Below are positions 15,468 to 19,760 of a DNA stretch of 19,760 nucleotides, in pieces. Positions within the stretch are counted from its first letter, which is position 1, and each line of letters begins with the position of its first letter. A program made the position numbers and the translations under genes. Location of the stretch: positions 1 to 19,760 of the forward strand of contig JBDRUH010000025.1 in the NCBI GenBank assembly GCA_039801225.1, in the 5' to 3' direction. This DNA comes from a candidate division WOR-3 bacterium (GTDB taxonomy: Bacteria > Hydrothermota > Tepidihabitantia > Tepidihabitantales > Tepidihabitantaceae). Below the pieces are notes generated by a model. It was given only the letters and a program-made list of their open reading frames with translations, had not been told where the DNA came from and ran no database searches.

Positions 15468-17320
15468 TTTTCAAACCTCAGGGTTAAAGTATAAACACCA
15501 TCTTCCCATTTTGTTTCCAGGGGAAAACCGGTTTTTGTCACCAATCGGTAGGCGCGGGTGTTGGAGTCCAGGACATAACCAACAAATCCTTTAACCCCCT
15601 TTATCCGGGCAACTCGGATGAGATGGTTGAATAGGGCGGTGCCAATACCTTTATTCTGGAATTCATCTTGAATCTCAATGGCAAACTCGGCCAGCCCAGT
15701 TGCTGGGTCAACATAGTAACGGGTTGACCCGACAATCTGCTCCTCGCCATTATGCTGGACAACCGCCACCAGCGCCATCTCTCTTTCGTAGTCAACATTG
15801 ACAAATTTGGCAAGTTTCTCGTGGGGCATTGCCCGGATATAACTGAAGAAACGGTAAAAGACTGTGTCCTTAGAAAAGGAGTAAAATAGTTCCCGCAGTG
15901 CCGGTTCATCGGTCGGTTTAATCGGTCGGATGAAAATAATACTACCATCGCGAATTTTAACTTTTGTCTCAAACTCTTCGGGATACCGGGCAGAAATCAG
16001 CGCCTCTTCGGGCTGGTCCTGATAGACATAGCATCTTTCCTTCGCCTTCTTGATAAGTTCGGCACGAAACTTGGGATGGGCGATGGAAATTAGCGCCAGC
16101 GCCCGCTCGCGGATTGACTTGCCATGGAGATTTACCGCCCCCCACTCAGTAACAACATAGTGCACATCACCCCGAGAAGTTACCACACCGGCACCCTCAG
16201 AAAGGACCGGAACAATTCTTGAAAACCGGTCGTTCTCACGAGTTGATTTAAGGACAATTATCGGTTTACCGTCCTTGGCACGCGCCGCACCACGGACAAA
16301 ATCAAGTTGACCACCAATACCCGAATAGAACCGGTAACCGATTGAGTCGGCACACACCTGCCCGGTCAAGTCAATTTCAATCGCCGAATTGATTGAGACC
16401 ATCTTATCATTCTGAGCGATAACAAACGGGTCGTTGGTATAGTCAACGGGATGGAACTCAAACATTGGGTTGTTATTAATGTAGTTATAAAGACGCTGGG
16501 AACCCATGGCAAACGAGGCGATCACCTTTCCTGGATGGAGTGTCTTCTTTCTGTTGGTGATCACCCCTGCCTCTATCAGGTCAATGATACCATCGGAAAA
16601 AACCTCAGTATGGACACCAAGATCCTTTTTGTCTTTAAGATAGGACAAAAGGGCGTTGGGAATTCCGCCATAACCAACCTGAATTGTCGAACCATCAGGA
16701 ATTAAGTCGGCAACATTTTTGGCGATGCGTCGGGCGACCTCACTCTCTCCCGGTGTGACAAACTCATAAATCGGGGCATCGTTCTCTACTATTGCCTCAA
16801 TCCGGGAAATATGGATAAAACTATCGCCCAGAGTGCGGGGCATTTGGGGGTTAACTTCGGCAATAATATGACGGGCGACCTCAGCCGCCGGTTTAGTAAT
16901 ATCCACCGAAACACCAAAACTACAGAATCCGTGCTCATCAGGAGGTGTAACCTGAATCAGGGCAACATCTATCGGCAGTCGCCCGGAACGGAGGAGCCGG
17001 GGAATTTCTGAAAGAAATATCGGTGTATAATCCGCTCTACCCTGTTGGACCGCATCCCGGACATTGGCGCTAATAAAAAATGAGTTTGCCCGATAGCGCC
17101 CGGCAAGCCTCTCCTCCGCATAAGGCGCTACGCCAAGAGTCAAAAGATGGGTAATTTCCACATCCTCCACCGGCCTTTCCTCCAGCGCCTGAACCAGTTT
17201 CTGGGGAGTTCCACAGGCTGAGCCAATGAAAATCCTATCCCCGGGTTGAAGGACCTCCAGTGCCTGGTGAGCGGTTTTTATTTTAACTTGATATTTTTTC
17301 CGCCAATCACAATTATTCAT
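15464..17320 (-). CDS. Family I CoA-transferase (acetyl-CoA hydrolase/4-hydroxybutyrate CoA-transferase type) fused to a C-terminal GNAT acetyltransferase
   Basis: GVHTEVFSDG (catalytic Glu), INSAIEIDLTGQVCAD, YSGIGGQLDF, VVTEWG and LISIAHPKFR. C-terminal IRPIKPTD...FYRFFS...VDYEREMAL...AEFAIEIQDEFQNKGIGT is a Pat-type GNAT. SD AGGAG; ATGA overlap with the ligase. Confidence 0.93.
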   Translation of the reverse strand: MNNCDWRKKYQVKIKTAHQALEVLQPGDRIFIGSACGTPQKLVQALEERPVEDVEITHLLTLGVAPYAEERLAGRYRANSFFISANVRDAVQQGRADYTPIFLSEIPRLLRSGRLPIDVALIQVTPPDEHGFCSFGVSVDITKPAAEVARHIIAEVNPQMPRTLGDSFIHISRIEAIVENDAPIYEFVTPGESEVARRIAKNVADLIPDGSTIQVGYGGIPNALLSYLKDKKDLGVHTEVFSDGIIDLIEAGVITNRKKTLHPGKVIASFAMGSQRLYNYINNNPMFEFHPVDYTNDPFVIAQNDKMVSINSAIEIDLTGQVCADSIGYRFYSGIGGQLDFVRGAARAKDGKPIIVLKSTRENDRFSRIVPVLSEGAGVVTSRGDVHYVVTEWGAVNLHGKSIRERALALISIAHPKFRAELIKKAKERCYVYQDQPEEALISARYPEEFETKVKIRDGSIIFIRPIKPTDEPALRELFYSFSKDTVFYRFFSYIRAMPHEKLAKFVNVDYEREMALVAVVQHNGEEQIVGSTRYYVDPATGLAEFAIEIQDEFQNKGIGTALFNHLIRVARIKGVKGFVGYVLDSNTRAYRLVTKTGFPLETKWEDGVYTLTLRFEK

Positions 17321-17368
17321 ATCTACTCCTTTTCTATTGACAAATCGCCTCGATTTTGGCCGAGACGG

Positions 17369-18202
17369 CTATTCAATTGGTTCAAACCGAAAATTTTCTC
17401 CATCTTTAAAAATCCTTCCAACTGAAAATTCCGGGTCGTGCTCTAAGAATGAAATCCAACCTTCGGCAATCGCCTGGTTTAAAAGCCGTTCTTTATTTTC
17501 CATTGAGTCTAACGGAAACAGATCATACCCCATAATATAGGGAACCGGTATATGCCCCCGGGTCGGAATCATATCCGACCAAAAGATAGCGGTTTTATCC
17601 TCGTCTCTAATCCGAACAATCTGCATACCCTTGGTATGTCCTCCGGTATGAATAACTTCTATTCCCGGCAAAATCTCCTTTGAACCGTTAATCAGTTCCA
17701 ATTGCCCTGACTCCTGAATGGGCAAAAAGTTCTCGGGTAAATAGGAGGCACGAGAGCGGCGATTGGGGTTCAACGCCTCCTGCCACTCTGTCTTTTGAAT
17801 TATATAACGGGCATTGGGAAATGTTGGCACTGGCTTTCCTCCTTTAATTATTGTTGAACCGCCACAATGGTCAAAATGGAGATGGGTAAGAATAACCACA
17901 GTAATATCTTCGGGTTTGAATCCGTTAGTAACAAGAGAGTTGAGTAGGGTATCGGTCTTCTCAATCCGAAACCTTTCGGCAAACTTGGCATCAAACTTAT
18001 CACCGATTCCCGTGTCAATCAGCACCCGTTCGGTTGTGGTGACAACCAAGAGAGGATGCAACGCCAGTTTTATACGGTTTTTCTCATCCGGCGGATTTGT
18101 CCTTTCCCATAACGGTTTCGGCACAACGCCAAACATTGCGCCGCCATCCAGTCCGAAAAACCCGTCGGACAAAATATAAATAGCAAAATTTCCAATGTTC
18201 AA
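17369..18202 (-). CDS. MBL-fold metallo-hydrolase (YtnP-like)
   Basis: LDGGAMFGVVPKPLW, LIDTGIG, THLHFDHCGG (HxHxDH), TGGHTKG, MGYDLFP and EHDP. Start moved from 18295 to TTG 18202 (MNIGNFAIY..., 277 aa) because the longer ORF runs through the promoter and a repeat array. Confidence 0.92.
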   Translation of the reverse strand: MNIGNFAIYILSDGFFGLDGGAMFGVVPKPLWERTNPPDEKNRIKLALHPLLVVTTTERVLIDTGIGDKFDAKFAERFRIEKTDTLLNSLVTNGFKPEDITVVILTHLHFDHCGGSTIIKGGKPVPTFPNARYIIQKTEWQEALNPNRRSRASYLPENFLPIQESGQLELINGSKEILPGIEVIHTGGHTKGMQIVRIRDEDKTAIFWSDMIPTRGHIPVPYIMGYDLFPLDSMENKERLLNQAIAEGWISFLEHDPEFSVGRIFKDGENFRFEPIE

Positions 18203-18210
18203 GGGTCTAT

Positions 18211-18238
18211 ATTTTATACTAATATATCTCTCGGTCAA
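18211..18238 (-). promoter_or_regulatory. sigma70-type promoter of the MBL/CoA-transferase/ligase operon (ultra-short leader)
   Basis: Minus strand: TTGACC (18238-18233), 16 nt, TAAAAT (18216-18211), 8 nt, then TTG 18202; no SD. Confidence 0.72.
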
Positions 18239-18271
18239 ATTTAAACCTAAAGGCATGCCCCGAGCCCGAAT

Positions 18272-18327
18272 TAGTTCATAGTTTGGAGTTCTCAACTAAG
18301 AACTTAGAATTAAAACCAACAACTAAC
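18272..18327. repeat. Inverted heptamer array (TAGTTCA TAGTTTG GAGTTCT / AACTAAG AACTTAG AATTAAA..AACTAAC)
   Basis: 7-nt periodicity with complementary arms, enclosed by the 7-bp stem GCCCGAA (18264-18270) / TTCGGGC (18336-18342). Confidence 0.75.
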
Positions 18328-18348
18328 ATAATTGCTTCGGGCGGAGCC

Positions 18349-18413
18349 TGCCCCGAGCCGAGGGATTCCTCCACTCCCCTGCGGCTCGGTCGGAATGACG
18401 AAGGGCGAGGGGA
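18349..18413 (+). repeat. 65-nt dispersed REP-like element, copy B (intergenic)
   Basis: 51/65 gapless identity with 2520-2584; its first 10 nt TGCCCCGAGC also occur at 18256-18265. Confidence 0.9.
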
Positions 18414-18451
18414 TTCTCCTACATTTATGCTTGTTCTCGGCTATCGGGTGC

Positions 18452-18480
18452 TGGACATAGAACCCAGTTTATTATAAAAT
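18452..18480 (+). promoter_or_regulatory. sigma70-type promoter of ruvX-mltG (leaderless)
   Basis: TGGACA (18452-18457), 17 nt, TAAAAT (18475-18480), 6 nt, then ATG 18487; no SD. Confidence 0.68.
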
Positions 18481-18486
18481 TCTTTA

Positions 18487-18942
18487 ATGGGTCGCATCCT
18501 CTGCCTTGATTACGGTGAGCGACGAACCGGTGTCGCCATCTCGGACGAAACCAAGACTATCGCCCAAAGCCTTACTACAATTGCACACCAATCTGAATCA
18601 GAACTAATCGCCACACTCGGTAAACTGGTTAACAAACATAATGTTGAACTGATTGTCATCGGTCTGCCTTTAAGCCTTTCCGGCAAACCGAGCACCAGAA
18701 GTGAAATGGTTCGCAAGTTTGGCGCCAAACTTGGCAAACGCCTCCATTTACCGGTGGAACTTTTTGACGAGCGCTTCTCAACCGTCTCTGCACAACATAC
18801 TTACGCTGAGTTTTATAACACGCCCAGAAGAGGTGCGAAGACCAAAGACCGAGGACCGAGCTCCGCCCAGATTGACCGCATCGCTGCCACCATCATCTTA
18901 GAAAACTATCTCAACCGCGTTAGTCATAGAAAAAAACGGTAA
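18487..18942 (+). CDS. ruvX: YqgF/RuvX family nuclease (pre-16S rRNA nuclease / Holliday junction resolvase-like)
   Basis: RILCLDYGERRTGVAISD, IVIGLPL, LFDERFST and IDRIAATIILENYL; adjacent to mltG. Confidence 0.96.
   Translation: MGRILCLDYGERRTGVAISDETKTIAQSLTTIAHQSESELIATLGKLVNKHNVELIVIGLPLSLSGKPSTRSEMVRKFGAKLGKRLHLPVELFDERFSTVSAQHTYAEFYNTPRRGAKTKDRGPSSAQIDRIAATIILENYLNRVSHRKKR
18836..18860 (+). repeat. In-frame heptamer repeat (CGAAGAC CAAAGAC CGAGGAC CGAG) inside ruvX
   Basis: Three 7-nt units plus a partial fourth, in the variable loop before the IDRIAA helix. Confidence 0.6.
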
Positions 18943-18945
18943 CCG

Positions 18946-19760
18946 ATGCGCCGGCTCCTTCTCCCCTGCCTCCTTTTCCTCAGTTGCGTTGAGCAACTAC
19001 CGCCAAGCCTCACCGGACCAAAGCACGAGGTGATAGTAAAACCGAATATGCCCATCTGGGCGGTAGCCGAGACGCTACGCCAGGCAGAAATTATCAACTC
19101 CGCTATCCATTTTCGCCTCCTTGCCTGGGTCTACAATTACCAAAACAGAATCCAGCCCGGCAGATACCGCTTTCCGCTCCACACCAACCCGCATATCATT
19201 TTGAAGATGCTCACCAGAGATATGCCTGCCTTTTTGATGATAACAATTCCCGAAGGTGCAACCATTAAACAGATTGCCCGCCTTTTAAATGAAAACGGCA
19301 TCTGTGATGAGGATAGTTTTCTTGCCGCCTGTAAAGACACATTTCTCCTTCGTTCCCTTAATATCCCATTTTCTACCGCTGAAGGTTATCTATTTCCGGA
19401 AACCTATGAGTTTCAGACTGGCTCTGACCCTAAGGCGATAGTTCGCCGTCTTATTCACCAGTTCCATCTCGTATTAGAAGACATCAGACGCAGGTACCGC
19501 ACCAACCTTACCGAGACTCAGATTGTCATCCTTGCCTCAATTGTGGAAAAAGAGGCACAAACCCCTGAAGAATTCCCTATTATCGCCGGCGTTTTTCTCA
19601 ACCGCCTAAAACGCCATATCCCGCTCCAGTCCTGTGCTACGGTCCAATATATCCTGCCTGAACATAAGGAAAGGTTAAGTATTGATGACCTGAAGACCCC
19701 TTCCCCTTATAATACCTATCTCCACACTGGATTGCCGCCCGGTCCAATTTGTAACCCGGG
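18946..19760 (+). CDS. mltG: Endolytic peptidoglycan transglycosylase MltG (3'-truncated at the window edge)
   Basis: Not in the ORF track; translated manually: MRRLLLPCLLFLSC...IQPGRY...ITIPEG...EGYLFPETY...ILASIVEKEA (catalytic Glu)...AGVFLNRL...LQSCATVQY...SPYNTYLHTGLPPGPICNPG. Confidence 0.96.
   Translation, partial: MRRLLLPCLLFLSCVEQLPPSLTGPKHEVIVKPNMPIWAVAETLRQAEIINSAIHFRLLAWVYNYQNRIQPGRYRFPLHTNPHIILKMLTRDMPAFLMITIPEGATIKQIARLLNENGICDEDSFLAACKDTFLLRSLNIPFSTAEGYLFPETYEFQTGSDPKAIVRRLIHQFHLVLEDIRRRYRTNLTETQIVILASIVEKEAQTPEEFPIIAGVFLNRLKRHIPLQSCATVQYILPEHKERLSIDDLKTPSPYNTYLHTGLPPGPICNP

Noticed and set aside
15460..15480. Programmed frameshift fusing the GNAT to the ligase to make a Pat-like protein
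   Set aside because: No canonical slippery heptamer or stimulatory structure seen; an ordinary ATGA overlap explains the junction.
17337..17342. Plus-strand TTGACA as an antisense promoter
   Set aside because: No -10 box at 16-18 nt spacing.
18283..18477. 64-aa ORF across the composite repeat
   Set aside because: It is a translation of repeat DNA with no SD or promoter, and it ends in the ruvX -10 region.
424..19340. Other short antisense or alternate-frame ORFs in the track (e.g. 3814-4335, 8789-9319, 10069-10527, 14973-15407)
   Set aside because: They are shadows of well-supported genes, with no recognisable motifs or initiation signals.
1..19760. CRISPR array, IS, prophage or alternative genetic code
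   Set aside because: No regularly spaced repeats with unique spacers and no cas, transposase or phage genes. TGA, TAG and TAA all end conserved proteins at expected positions.

Overview
This is a gene-dense bacterial core-genome window in the standard genetic code, with no phage, IS or CRISPR. Gene content points to an anaerobic fermenter, but taxonomy cannot be fixed from the sequence alone. Gene order: purD, a degenerate TsaC/YrdC-like + LMW phosphatase fusion, acyl-CoA dehydrogenase, lpdA, lipB (+); nrdG-like activase (-); tRNA-Pro(GGG) (+); rplT-rpmI-infC-thrS (-); ispF-rhomboid (+); EF-G2 (-); ADP-forming acetate-CoA ligase, CoA-transferase/GNAT fusion, MBL hydrolase (-); ruvX-mltG (+, truncated). 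Two layers are not explained by the gene list. (1) Initiation. All 8 transcription units have a clear sigma70-like promoter, 6 of them with a 16-nt spacer. In 6 of the 7 protein-coding units the start codon lies only 6-8 nt after the -10 box, which implies leaderless or ultra-short-leader mRNAs. lpdA and infC have no in-frame ATG/GTG/TTG upstream of their conserved N-terminal motifs and probably start at CTG (infC possibly ATT). (2) Small repeats. REP-like and heptamer repeats are nested inside each other in intergenic DNA and have also entered coding sequence in frame: a 65-nt element forms the C-terminal tail of the phosphatase fusion, and 3x7-nt units sit in lpdA, ruvX and ispF. Further oddities are a probable pseudo-TsaC domain, an EF-G2 with altered GTPase motifs and an MltG with a lipoprotein-like signal.
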